In this document: piece by piece, positions 49,601 to 61,700 of the stretch
Layout: every line of letters starts with the position of its first letter
How positions within the stretch are numbered: the first letter of the stretch is position 1
Source: Raillietiella orientalis
Taxonomy: Eukaryota
NCBI GenBank assembly: GCA_036172245.1
Contig: JAYWIR010000002.1
Location: 6,262,001 to 6,326,000 of the forward strand
Direction of reading: 5' to 3'
Length of the DNA: 64,000 nt
Made by a program: the position numbers and the translations under genes
The notes under the pieces: generated by a model
The model's database searches: none
Told to the model about the DNA's origin: nothing
Seen by the model: only the letters and a program-made list of their open reading frames with translations

Positions 49601-51149
49601 TTCCCTCTCTCCTCGAATTCCAAAGCAACTGGTTTCCCGGAACTTCCTGCGACAACCGGGGTCTGAGGATCGAGGTGCTTTTATGGAGAGAAACGGCTCC
49701 CCGATGAAGACAGTTCCGTGTTCTCGAGGTATCTGTGAACGAGAAAAGTCATGGTTGAAGCAAAGAGAGGAAGGAAGGGAAGAGGAGAAGAAGGAGGAGG
49801 AAACGGGGGGGGGGGGGAAACGAAAAACAGGGAAACAAAAACAAAAACGAAACCCAAAATAAACAATCTGACGAGGAGTGCTGCAGACATGGATCACCTC
49901 AGCAACATCTGTCTCTGCGTTTATGTCTCTTGAAATCTCTTTTCTCCGATTCCTTTCCTTTCCAATTATGATCCTTGGTTGCATTACCGTCCTCGGCTGG
50001 AATAGTCGCAATCGCGTATCGCAGCTTCCGGGTAACGGCTCCAGACAAGAGCTCCGCGCTCGCACAAATCTGTTGTTAAGCAGCGCGAGCGGTTTTCGAA
50101 ACGCCGTATTAAAAGTCGAAACGCAAAAACCGAATGTTAATCGACAGAGCAAACAAAAAGAGGAGGAGATCGGGAAGAGGGCGATTTTTCTTTTCTGATT
50201 TCCTCACTTCAATTCAACGCGCACGCCGCCCAGTCCGGAGTCCCTCACCAGCCGAAGGGGGGGTGGGGGAATCGGATCGAGGTGGGGGCGCAGCCATCGA
50301 CGGAAGGGAAACGGAAGCGGAAAAGTGGGTCAGCCCCCCAGGCGAAACAAAAGTTGCTCGCTTCCCTGTGCCCCCGGGATCCTAGGAGAAATTCTCGCAG
50401 GAGTCCATTCACGGGTGTCATGGAATGCGATTATCATTTGTCAGAAACAGATTGTAACTCCTAATAGCCTTTATCCGGAGGTATTAATTCCGCTTTTTTG
50501 TTGTTGTTCTGGAAGCTGGAAGAAGAAAGGAAAAAAATGCGTGATGACACGCGGTACAGTGGCTGTTTTTTTGTTTTTGTTTGCTTTCCAGAAGGAAAGA
50601 AAAAAAAGAAAATCCGACCGCTTCCCCAGCCATTTTACTTCATAAAGTTTTTGAGGGACCGATGGGGCGGGAAGTAGAGAAGCAGCGAACGCGAATGCAT
50701 TTCGCGATACGCCAAACGCACACGTGCACGCATACACACACACACATAGGGAGAGCGCTAATGTGGCGGAAGCACATGAGCGCGACATTCTGAGATTCAC
50801 CAGTGGTCTGTGTCTTGGCCCGGGAAGCGCGTCCACGATGATCCCGACTGCGAAAACTATGAATAAATTCACGGTTTTTGCAGTCAGGGAAGAGCCGGGG
50901 AGGAAGCGAACCTGGGTACGTGTTTCTCACATGGGGAGCGTTTCGTGTATGCAAATGTATTCAGCGCAGGGCCAAAGGATGGGAGGAGGGGGAGCTGGCA
51001 AGACGAACTCTGCTTCCCGGGATCTTTGCGGGATGCGGTCCGTTCGCCCGCCGTTCCTCAGCCACCTCTGAGCCGCGGACCTGTTCCGCGATGACATCCT
51101 TCAGCGCGTCACTTCCACGTTCCTCTCGGGATCGTCCCGAGGCGCGTCG

Positions 51150-54100
51150 GGAATCAAGAACGGTAGGTCCCCGTGGGGAAGCTTGCAGGAGACCGTTCCT
51201 GGGACTGCTGCTGCTTGGCGATGGCGGTGACAATTTTCCTCTTCCGCGAAGGGAACTTTGGGCCGGAGCAACAGGGAGCGGGCAAGGGAAACACGAAACA
51301 ACCGACAAGAGGAGGCCTCCGGCTGATGACTTTGCAAGAACCGACCATTAAGATTACGACGAAGACATGGAGTAGTGATACGATCACCTCATGCACCACG
51401 AGACCTGTGTGCTCTTCCTCCACCTTCCGTTTTCTTCACCACGGAGGTTCGAAATACGAGACGAGTACCTAATCCCGCGTACGCCACGGGTGTTCCATAC
51501 TCGGAATGGACTCGGAGTGGACGTTGGGCGGGATGGTCGTCGGCCGCTGCACAGCACGTCGGTTCTCTGCTCCTGGTGGCCGTCCTGCAGAGGTCACGTG
51601 CACGGTCTCAGCGCCTGTAGCGCCTCGATCCTGCGACCAGTTCGCAGCCCCTGGCGGTGGAAGCCGGTCGATTGTTGCGGGAGAACCGAAAAGCGAGAAA
51701 CTTGGAAAGGAACCGCTCTGGCAACGGGAAGCCGCCAAGATGGCGATGCTTTACGCCCTCAGGGAAATTTCTCGAGGGACATAATCAATCGTCGGGAAGC
51801 CTCCGCTAAGCAGACGCGAGCGGGCGCGCCTCGGTTGGCGGGTCTTTCCGACACGCTTCCTGTACGCGTCCATCACCGTTCGGAGCCGGTGCCGAAGGGG
51901 ATCTGCAACGCAGGAGCAGCCACGCGACCTGGAAGCGAAAGGGCGCTCATCTCTGCGGTCGGCAGAAATGAGTCTGAACCACGCAGCCTCCGTATCCAGT
52001 GTGGACGGAGGTGGTTCTGCTGGACATGCAGAAGGCCCCAAGGAAGAACGAGCTGAACCCTCCGGGAGGCCCGAGGGAGGGGAAAATGAATCGTGCCGCG
52101 CCCCACCCCACCCTCTTCTTTGCCATGACCTCTTCCTCGCCTCCCGCCCAGCGCGCACGTAGCAGACTTGTGTTCATCGACGAGCCGACTCACCCGACTG
52201 GGGAGCTCCACGACGCAGCTGTCACCAGGTGCGCTGTCGCCGTCTGGACGGGAGCCCGGCAGAACTGCCGCACTGTTGCCGAAAGCGAGGGGAGGAAGAC
52301 CGGCTCGAGGCACGGGAGTAGACCTACCCTATGCGTTTAGTGTCTGTCTGAGACGTGCTGATCGTCAGCACGCCCAGGTGCTCCCTGGCGCTCCCACAAG
52401 CCTCGGAATCGCAGCTGGATTCCGGAGAGACCCGCGGCGCGCGCTGGCGAAATGGCAGCGCGCCGATAGCGAAGGGCGGGAGGGCAGGTCGTGAGCGCGT
52501 CCCTTTCGACGGCGCTCAGGGAGGAGGGGCTGTTCGTCTGTTCCACTTGCCACAGTGGCGAATCGTCTCACAGGTGCGGCGTATCTTCTCTTCCGTCCTC
52601 CGGAGTGCGCCAGCGAGCGGCGCGGTCGACGGACCGCTGCATTTCGATCCCACCATTCACCGTCAGCTGCAGCCAGCACTCCCCTGTTTTGTAGGTTCGC
52701 CGTGGGAGGGAGCCACCCCTGGGTCCGTGTGCGCGTCGCGGAGCAATTGGGCGCGTTGCTCACGACCGGGAGTGCCGGTAAGCGAGTTTCCTCGAGTTGG
52801 CCCGACGGCGGTCGCGTGCACAGGGCGGCGCGGCACGTGTGCACCCTCCTGGCGTCTGACGGTGCTCGAACACGGCTGTTTGTTTCTGGTGACAACGGAA
52901 CGCCGTTTCGTAACGGCCCGAAGTCCAGCAGCGAGCCACCGCCGTCGAATGTGCCTCCGGCCTCAGACAGGGTGAGCACGTGCCTCGCTCACCTTTTTCC
53001 AATTCCTTCCTCTCTTGACCAGGCCAGCTTTCAAGCATTCGCCTAGGTTGACAGGGATCAGTGAAAACGCGGAGGCGTCTGGAAGGAGTCTTCCCAGCAT
53101 CCCTCAAAAACACTGCTATCGATCGCTTAGGGTGAGTCTCCTCTATGGCCCTAAGCACCTCGATCCTAGATTATGGCGCGATTTCTTTTCCAGGGTACAC
53201 CGCGAGTTTCTCAAGGACTCCAGGTGTCCTCTCTTGCATCAGCGGGGCGAAAATTAGATGAACAGCGTGGAAGGTGACCTGGCGCCGCATGGCGGCAAAC
53301 TCATCGCTCAATGGGAAACGCCTCGGCTGGACAACGAAGCTACGCCCAAGGACCCGCAAGGGGTACATCAAGTAGCTCGGGCTTCCCCAAGAAAATGCCA
53401 AGATCCTCAGCTTCCTATGGGAGGTCTCCACCCTCCCTCATCGGTGCAAGATAATGCATCTTGCTGGTGCACTGTGACTTCCTTGAGAAAGAGGAGCGTT
53501 GCCATGTCATTTTCTTCTCCTATCCTCCCTCTTTTCCTCTTTCTCCCTTCCTCTTCTTTCCTTCTGTTTGTGGCGAAGACTTCTTCCTCTTCCCTCCTCT
53601 TTCCATCCTACTCCTCTTCCTCCTCCTTTCCTCTTATTCTTTCTCTTCCTCTTATTATTCCCCTAATATTATTCCCCTCATCCTATTCTTCCTTTCCTCC
53701 TGTTCTCTTCCTCTTCTCCCATCCCTTCCTCCCACTTCCTCCTCCTCCTTCTTTCCTCCTCTCTTCCTCGTTTTTTCGTCTTCCTCCTCCTCTTCCTCCG
53801 TCTTTCCTTCCTCCTCCCTTCCTTCCCTTTCCTCTTCACTTCGTCCTCTTCTTTTGCTCCTGTTGTTTTCTTCTTCTCCGATCCTTTCCTCGTTTTTTTC
53901 TCTTCCTCCCTTCCTCCTCCTCCTCCATCTTTCCTTCTTGCTTCCTCATCCTTCCTTCCTTCTTCCTCTTTTCCACCTCCCTTCCTCATTTCCACTCTTG
54001 CTCCTCCGCAGTGGCAACGGCCCCCAAAGAATGCATCCCACTGTGCAACTGCGTGGATCCTCCCACACGTGCTGCTGGGACGCACCGGAGATTGAATCGG

Positions 54101-54570
54101 AGTGTGGAGGCGCATTCTGCTCGGAGAGGCCTTCGCGTTTTCGAACTTCCCTGTCGCCTCCTCGCTGGGGATCTTCTCCCGCGCAGGGCTCCTCGAGGGA
54201 CCGACGCCGGTCCCTTCTTTGTGCGCGGACACTTCTGAGCTGGCCGAGTTTTCGCGGGGGCGTCCCGGCGAGCGCCCACTCGTGAGCGCGAGAAGGCCGC
54301 GGGGTCTCCCGGTCCGGGAAGCAGGGCGGTGCACTGAAGGGAGTCTGAAGGCGACTGGCTCGCGGGAACCTGCGGGCGCATCCCATCCTTCCCTGCTCGA
54401 GACAGACCCCTGGGAGTCATCTCCACTGCCCGGGTTCATTCCACCTTCCGATCGCTCCTCCATTTTCTGGCCCTCTGCGCTCTTTCCCCTCCGCGCCTCC
54501 CGATTTCTGTACCCACTGAGAGTGGGTAGATGCGAACGTCATCCTTACTGAGCGAGCTTTATTTAAAATG
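51150..54570 (+). mobile_element. Decayed L1/Tx1 ORF2 relic interrupted by a pyrimidine tract
   Basis: LLLGDGGDNF (~51210, cf. GDFN); ASGAVDGPLHFDPTIHRQLQPAL (~52610-52680, cf. KSPGPDG...f...l.p.L); YRSLRVSLLYG..LWRDFF (~53117-53190, cf. KYLGV); zf-RVT entry region at ~54160-54250 homologous to 47765-47845. Confidence 0.55.
53510..54005 (+). repeat. ~500-bp polypyrimidine (CTT/CCT) low-complexity tract
   Basis: Almost exclusively C/T on +. The overlapping long ORFs (S/L/F/P-rich on +, K/R/E-rich on -) are compositional artefacts. Confidence 0.9.
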
Positions 54571-56299
54571 GATGTCTAGGGGATGAGGAAGCAGCTCTTT
54601 GAGCTCGCACGAGCAGCAACCGGCTGAAGCGCTTCTATGGTTTCCCTCTTTGGTTGCTTTAAATCCGTGTCTTCAGACTCTCGTGCTTGCAATCTCGAAG
54701 ACTGACAGAGGACTTGGGGGTGAAGGGACATGGCTGCCTGACGGTCACCCGGATCCGTGACCGCCGTTCTCCTCCATCTGCTACCGTGGTGGTGGTGGTG
54801 GGGTCCATCTTTCTGCTGCGCCGCCAGTGGGCGTCGGGAGATTGCCAAAGGGAACAACAGTGGGGAAGGGGGGAAGCTTCGCGTCTATCCCTTCCATCGG
54901 AGCAGGATGCAGCGGGCGTTGGCGCCTCTGCGGTGATCGGGCAGCATTCCCAGGCCCTCCCCCGCGCCAGAGGAGGACCGCACGAGCCTAGCAGCGACAA
55001 AACTGCGGGAAACAAGAAAAGGGCGATCAGCGCGGCCGAGCGCGGGTCTCCCCGCGTGCTTCCTTCTCGCAGCTGGGGCCGCTCGCCGTTGGAGGCTGAG
55101 TGGGGTAGCGGCCGCGCAGTACTTCGCGAGCTCCTGGGCGTCCCCGCGCTGCCCACGGGACCCGATCGGAGCTTGCGCGCGCGCGCTCTTGCCGCTACAG
55201 ATGTGCGGGCGTGTAAATCTCTGGCGTCACGCGCCGCGGGAGAGTTCATCTCGGGGAGTCGACCTCAGAACACGTGATGCCGGGAGAACGCGCCTCCCTG
55301 CTCTCCAGCTCGCTCTAGGAGCCTCTTCCAGCGGAATCCGTCCTACCCGCGTTCCCTTTCGGTGACCCGATCGCTCCTGGTTCGATCCATCATTCGGTAT
55401 TAAACTTTTCCTCCCACACGAGGAGGATCATCGTGTCCAGGCTTCCCGGGAGCGAGCAGGGACTCGCGCGCGGGGCGGCACGCAGCGGTTATCCCTGTGA
55501 ATGATAAAAACGTGCCCCCTCCGGACCGGCGGCGGGCAGCTCGCGTGGAAATTAATTACGCGGGAATCAAAGTTTCGGGAAGTCGGAATAATCTCCGGGA
55601 AGCGTTCCCGAATAATTACGATAATAAACGCTATCGACGCGCGCGTTCCCGTTCCGGCATCGGCGGAGAGGCGACACGCAATGAGCGATCTGTTATCATC
55701 TTTTCTGGAAATCATCGGGAAACATCCTGGAGTAATTTCTTCCTAATTGCATTTTCCCTCTTATCGCCCAGCGCATCCTCGGGATTTCGGTAGTAAAAGC
55801 GCGGATCCGCCGGGATGTGCGCGCGTTGCCCGGTCCCATATTTCTTCTTGGAGGACGGGTCCCGGATGAAGGCAGCAGAGCAGCGCGAGAGCCGAGACGT
55901 TTCTCCCGGAGGTCCCCCCTTTATCTGGGGGGAATAAATATGTCCAGGGGAGATCTGGAATGGAAGACGCGGATTCTGCATTGAAAAACCAAAAGAAAAA
56001 GAAAAAACAAAAAACAAAAGGAGAGGAGGAAGTCAGTGGGGGTGCCCGCATTCCAGGGTTGCCCCTTCGATCTGAGCCTGTTTCGATCGATGGAGGGTTC
56101 CTCTGCAACTTCTCGCATAATGGAATCTCCGGGACGATGGACAGCTCCGTACTACCCGATTCTTCGAGGTGCCCGCGAGAGGGGTGGACCGGCCGACTGC
56201 GTCTACTTTCGTCCTCTCGGAGGACCGGTGCAGCCGCTAGAGCAAGAGGAACCGGGAACGAGCTGCTGCTCTGTACACGCCAAGCCCTTTGCCCTAAAC

Positions 56300-57200
56300 C
56301 TCCCGCCCACCCCTCCATCACCATCCGCCGGTTGCCTTTGGCATGCGGCCCGCATGCCGGTCGGATGCAGCCGGCGACGTCGCTCTCGTCCCACGCATGG
56401 CAACGGCTCCTCGTATGCAATCTGCACTCAACTCTCGAACTGTCCCTTCTTTTGAACTCTCTTCCCGTGGTGTTCGTCTGCAGGGAAGCCCTCCCGTGCA
56501 CGGCTAGCAGGGCCTCCTTCTTCCGTTTTCTTCCTTCCTGCCAGATTTCGTGGACTCTTCGGAAAACATTGCCATGGGTGAGGGCGAGACGACAGCTGCC
56601 CCTGCTTCCTCCACCGCGGATGAGCTGTCCCGTGCAGTCTTGCCTTTGGCTGAGTCGCGGCGCCAGGTGCACGCAAGAGAAGCTGGAGGTACGCACCCGC
56701 AGGATGCCGAATCAAACGACAAGACCAAGAAGGGGTCAGCGGAAGTTCGAAGCAGTCGAGTCGTCACCTCCTTTGAATATTCTCGGGCTGTCAACCCGTG
56801 CCGCCACTGCTGCTCGCAGTCGACTTGCCCCTTCCGGCTGAGACTCCCTGCCCCCGCGATGCGAGCGAGATGAGCGTTCAGCTGCCCTCCCTCGGGCGAT
56901 CGCCTAGAAGTGACCACCGCCGCCTCACCCCGTTCGCCACCCCGTCTTCGTTTCAGCACGCTTCTTGGCTTCAGCCTCGCCCAGACTTTCGCCTGGGGGC
57001 CGGGGGACGAAGAGCAGAAGGAACGGTGCGCACACCGAGGTCAGATGTCTCGTTTAGCGAACGCCCGATTACCAGGTTCAAAAAGGGCATGGGCGTGGCG
57101 GTCAGCATCGCAGGGTGACCAGGGGTGAGAAGGAGGCGATGACGACGAACCGAGAGAGTGCGATAGCCGCTGCTAGGCTGCAGAGTCCACAACTAAAAAA
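56300..57200 (-). mobile_element. Possible decayed L1/Tx1 3' fragment (zf-RVT)
   Basis: Minus frame VFRRVHEIW...KEALLAVHGRASLQT...SRVECRLHTRSRCHAWDE loosely resembles zf-RVT. Confidence 0.3.
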
Positions 57201-58867
57201 TTTCGATTTCGCCGGAAGACGGTGGCCTTGAGAAGGAATGGCTTCACTTCCTCCGACCTTCCACTTCGCGAGATGCGATCGACTTCCGGGTTTCCAGGAC
57301 CTCTGGCCACTTCCCTGCTTCCTTCTCCTCTCCTAGAGAGAGGAGGGGAGGGGGGGAGGGAGAACGCTGCGGAAAGACGCGTGGTTGCCTGGTTCATCGG
57401 CAGAGCAGGAAGGAATACGGAAATCGCGCATCCTGGGCATCCCAACTGTTTCCCGCTGCCAGGGGGAGGCGCGGAGGCAGGAGTCGGCAGGGAGCGATCG
57501 ACGCGGGAATCAGGAGATGGCGACGAAGAAACGGCCATTCGGAAAAAAAAAAAGAAGGTGGAGGGAGGAGACGAGCAGAAGGAGAACGCCGAACGACTCA
57601 AGGTCCTTTCGACCAGCTTAGTCGGCGGCAGCAGCGCTATTTCTTCGCTCACCCTTTGGCAGATCTCCGGGAGAGAATGGGAGGAGAGCTCAGGTGCGCG
57701 CAAAAATCGGGAGGGAGTAGGAAAAAGCCCCGTGGAGAGTAGGAGATCGCTGTGGCAGGAAAAAATTCGACTCTGTCGGGGATCGGCGGGCGCGACGTCC
57801 CCAGGGGCGTGCAAAGCGGCCCTCGATCTCTTACCCGAGGGTTTTCTCTTCCTCCGAGCCGAGAGGGCACTCTGAAGCGGGAGGCAGCTCCTCTCCCCGT
57901 CGGCATAGCTCCGGCGGCAATGGCGCTTTGCAGAGGAGGCGCGCGGGTGCCGGGAGGAACGCGTGCTTGCGTTCGTTCTCCGACCCGTGGACCTACTTCT
58001 GGAAGTTGCGTCATGTGAGAGATCTCCCACTCCCTTTTCTTTTTTTTTTTTTGGTCTATGTCAAGTAGTAGCGAAGTAGTCGTTGGGAAAAGGGCTTTTT
58101 TTCCCGAGACGGTTGCCTTGCCAACCGGGTGCCGAAGGGTGACACCCGTGAAACTGGAGAAATCGTTGTCAGTGCCGCGCGGACGTCAAGAAGAAAAATG
58201 GTCGAGATGTGTATCTTAATATTGTGATCCATCATGCCCTGGATCCACCGCAGGAGGGTATATCTCCGATCCTGGAATGCGATCGGCTCTTTCAGTTCGG
58301 AAGCGAAGGCACGATCCAAGAAATCCGTTTCCCCAGAAACGCGAGATGATCATCGGCACAGCGGTTCGTTTCCTCCGATCGCCCTTCCCTCCGACGAAGC
58401 TCCCTGCGAATCTTCTCCCCATCCGCGCTACCCTGTTTGCCGACATCTCGACTCCGTCCTGGTACCGACGGTTCTTCGTCCATGCTGCCGTCGTTCGTGA
58501 TCCAGCGGCTCGACAGCGCGAGGAGCCGCCTGGATGCCCCCCTACCAGTCCCCGTTTCCGTGGTTTCCTGTTCTGTGTGGCCTTCTAAGGAGCTTCTCCG
58601 AAATTTCCTGTTGTCTCGCGCATTTTTTTGCTTCCTCTCGATCAGCTACCCCAATATCTGCTTATATGTACATGTACACACACACATGCACACTTTATAT
58701 ATTTATATGTCTCCGGCATCAGCATATAAATGTGCGGGCGGGTGTGTTTTTACCCGGTGACCCCGGGACGTCTATTGAAAAAAAAATAAACCACAAGTTA
58801 GAGGGGGATGGCATCTCCTGAATACAAGAGATGCCCCCTTACAGACCGACTTCTAAAAAAAATAGGA

Positions 58868-60098
58868 AACGGTGGGGGAGACAATAAATAAATGAAATAA
58901 CACGGGAAAGCAGGGACAGTAGTCTTTAGTTTTATTCTTCTTAGAAAGAAGAATAAAACTAAAGACTTAGAAGCGGCTGTTATGGAGGCGATCTCCATCA
59001 CAACTTCTGGCAGATGGAGCCACTTTGCAGCCGTCCTCATCAAGGCGGCTGCCATGCTGGTGGCCTCCCTTCGCTGCCAACGAGACTCCACCACAACGCG
59101 GACTGTCGCTATGGCGCGGAGGCAACAGATCGTTGCGATCCCAGCGCCCGTCTTCAGTCCGCCTTGCGCGAAGAAGCGCCGCAGCAAGTCCGAAGCGAGG
59201 GGGTCCTCCAGGTGGCGAAGCGTCGAAGCAATTCTCCGCCACGTGTCCTCCGGGGCGCTGCAGTCCAGCAGGAGGTGAGGGGACAGCAGTTCGGCAACAG
59301 GAGGCAGCTCTCCGGAAACGAGGTGCTTGCATCGGTTGCACTGGAAGCCCCCCAGTGCGGAAACAGCAGAACATCCTGTGGTTTCCAACGGAGCGAAAGC
59401 TCAGAAGTGTCCGCGCACAAAGAAGGGACCGGCGTCGGTCCCTCGAGGAGCGCATAGAGCAGGTCCCTCCACTGGAGGAGCTTCTTCTCCCGGGAACGAG
59501 GAGTGGCGGCGTTCACCAACTCGCTCGTCTCGCAGCCGTCGAGGAGTTTCTCGACTCCTGCGATGTTGCAGGACAACTCCCACCCCGCCGGCGGGCTGTT
59601 GTTACTGCTTGCCCTCGGGGCAGACAAAGTTTTGCGTCAAGGAGCGAGACGGGTATTCGAGACCACTTCGTCCATCCTGCAGGAGGTCGCCCAGAGGCTT
59701 GCATAGGAGTTTCTGGAGGAGTTTACATACACGTTTGTGGCATGGGGCAGCGGTCGTCATTCCTCTGGACGCGCTTTCAGAGTGACCCCTCAGGATTCCC
59801 GTGCCTCCGGCCGCCAGGCATCCCAGTTCTTCGGGCGGCAGGAGATTCACGGGTGAGCTATCAGAAGTGAGGGCAGATGCCTCTGGGGATAACCAGATCC
59901 ATCTACCCTGTGTCGCCTGCGAGGCGGCAGCGAAAGGAGTCCTGCGCTTGCAGCGTATCGCCGGAGGATGTGACGTGCCGGACGACACCAGTGCCAAATC
60001 CACAATTTTCCACAAACGGTCAGAAGTCGGAACTGCATCTGCAGTCCGATCCTGTGAATGATCAGGATGACCAAGCCAGCGTCTTGGCGCGGTGCCAT
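58868..60098 (-). mobile_element. Right arm of the inverted repeat: 5'-truncated decayed LINE 3' end, near-identical to 47142-48372
   Basis: Reverse complement of the left arm, with the same frameshifts and stops. Includes the zf-RVT motif CNRC..HLLLDC and the hairpin at 58921-58967. Looser homology continues to ~60138 and ~58845. Confidence 0.9.
58921..58967. repeat. Second copy of the perfect 22-bp hairpin
   Basis: agtctttagttttattcttctt-aga-aagaagaataaaactaaagact. Confidence 0.95.
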
Positions 60099-60449
60099 AG
60101 AGTGTTTAGTCGGATCTGGGGCTTTGCAGCGCCTCACGGGAGGGTGGGAAGGGGAGGATGCAAAGATGAGTTATTTGTTTTCACCTAAACCATCAGAATC
60201 CTAGCCGAGTGCTTTGCTCAGCCCTCAGCAGCGCTCTCCTTTTCTCGTCTTGTCCCTCCCTAAATCTTTCTATATGTTTCGGTGTGCGTAAAAAAGTCAG
60301 AGCCATTTCCCACATCAGATGGAATTCCTTGAAAAGCTGCTGTCATGGTCATCAGAATTTTCTATTAAAAACAAAAAAAACTGATATATAAAAGGAAAAA
60401 AAAAATCATCATAGAACACGAAGGTCTTGTGGTTTCTCACTTTTACTCC

Positions 60450-61700
60450 GGAAGCGAATGGCGTGCTGAACACCTTGGGAGGTCGATAGATCATATCATA
60501 TGAGTTCTTGGGACTTGATAGGTTGCGAGGAGGGCCTCACAACTCTCCGTCAAGAAGTCGGACCGAAAGTGGTGCCATCTTTTGCTCTCATCCTATGCTT
60601 CCCGATTGTTCGGAATTTTCTGCGACGGTCCATGGAATACAGAAGGGCATCTGTTCCCTTTCCAGAGCAATACGTGTTTGCGGGCTACGTGCGAGATACT
60701 CTCTTCCTGGAGGTTCTCCGGGAACTCCATCAGTTCGAGAACCGCCGGGGTGCGCTGCTGGGTTTCGTGAAGCGCAGGTGCGGAGGTAGCCAACGAGGTT
60801 TTAGCGTGATCCCCATCGCGGAGGCAGACCGGCGAACAAACACTTACTTCGAGACAGGGAGAGCTCTCCGGGATCCAGGAACCTCAAATGCCACTTCAAT
60901 CCTCCGGCACGTCAATCAGCTTTGCTTCCCCGGCGCCTACGCCCGCTATTTGGAAAGCTCGTCTCAAAGGTGACCATCTAAGCATGCATAAGAAATGGAA
61001 CCTTCATCGGCGGAATCTTCTCGGAGGAGGTTTTCGCTTGCTCTTGTTGCTTGCCCCACCCGCCACAGCGAAGATCAGATCGCCACAGGCAGCGCGTTCG
61101 CGCTCTCTCACCTCCTCGAAGGAAATCTACACCCGGATGCACCTCGACTCTGGATTCAGGATCGAAAACAGAACGGAGGCATGAGGCGCGTTCTTCTTCG
61201 ATCCTGTTGTGCACAAGCCTCTACCCGAGGATACGGCGAACTCGGGATCGGAGGCGCGAGCACGCGCGCGCGCAGTGAAACACGTGGCACCTCGCGCCAA
61301 GCAGCGTTGCTTTCCGGGCTTGGTCTCCGCGGACCTGCCGCCGACGGAATGTCGCCTGATTTCGCGAGGAGGCACTTCCGCCGGAGGGATACGCCTCCGG
61401 AGCTCCTCTCCTACCACTTCGATCTGTCCTCTTCCGGAAGGGAGGGCAGGCGGCCCCGGAATCGTCCTCCGGTCCAGAAGCACGGTGTGCCGGAAGCAAT
61501 CTTTGAGCGCCGCCTCACGTCGGGCGTGGGAGTCAGCCACATCGCTGCCGGCAGATACTGCAGAGCTGCTGAATCCATCCATTATGCATTTCGCGATGCA
61601 GCACGACGGTTTCCGACCACAATCACAGTGGACTGGATGATGGATCGAATGCCTTCCACTTGCACTCGAAATGGGGGAGTGGAAGGGGAGGGGAGGAGAA
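60450..61700 (+). mobile_element. Possible decayed L1/Tx1 ORF2 C-terminal half
   Basis: EYRRASVPFPEQYV...RRGALLGFVKRRCGG (thumb-like), then DTPPELLSYHFDL and GRYCRAAESIHYAFRD (~61550-61600, cf. C..C...ESi.Haf..C). Confidence 0.4.

Noticed and set aside
53258..54463. Hydrophobic 'membrane protein' or K/R/E-rich ORFs
   Set aside because: Artefacts of the polypyrimidine tract.
47101..60138. A single 13-kb TIR element (Maverick/Mutator/Foldback) inserted into a LINE
   Set aside because: The arms are themselves the LINE ORF2 3' end, colinear with the upstream RT. There are no sharp termini or TSD, and no transposase, polymerase or capsid gene in the spacer.
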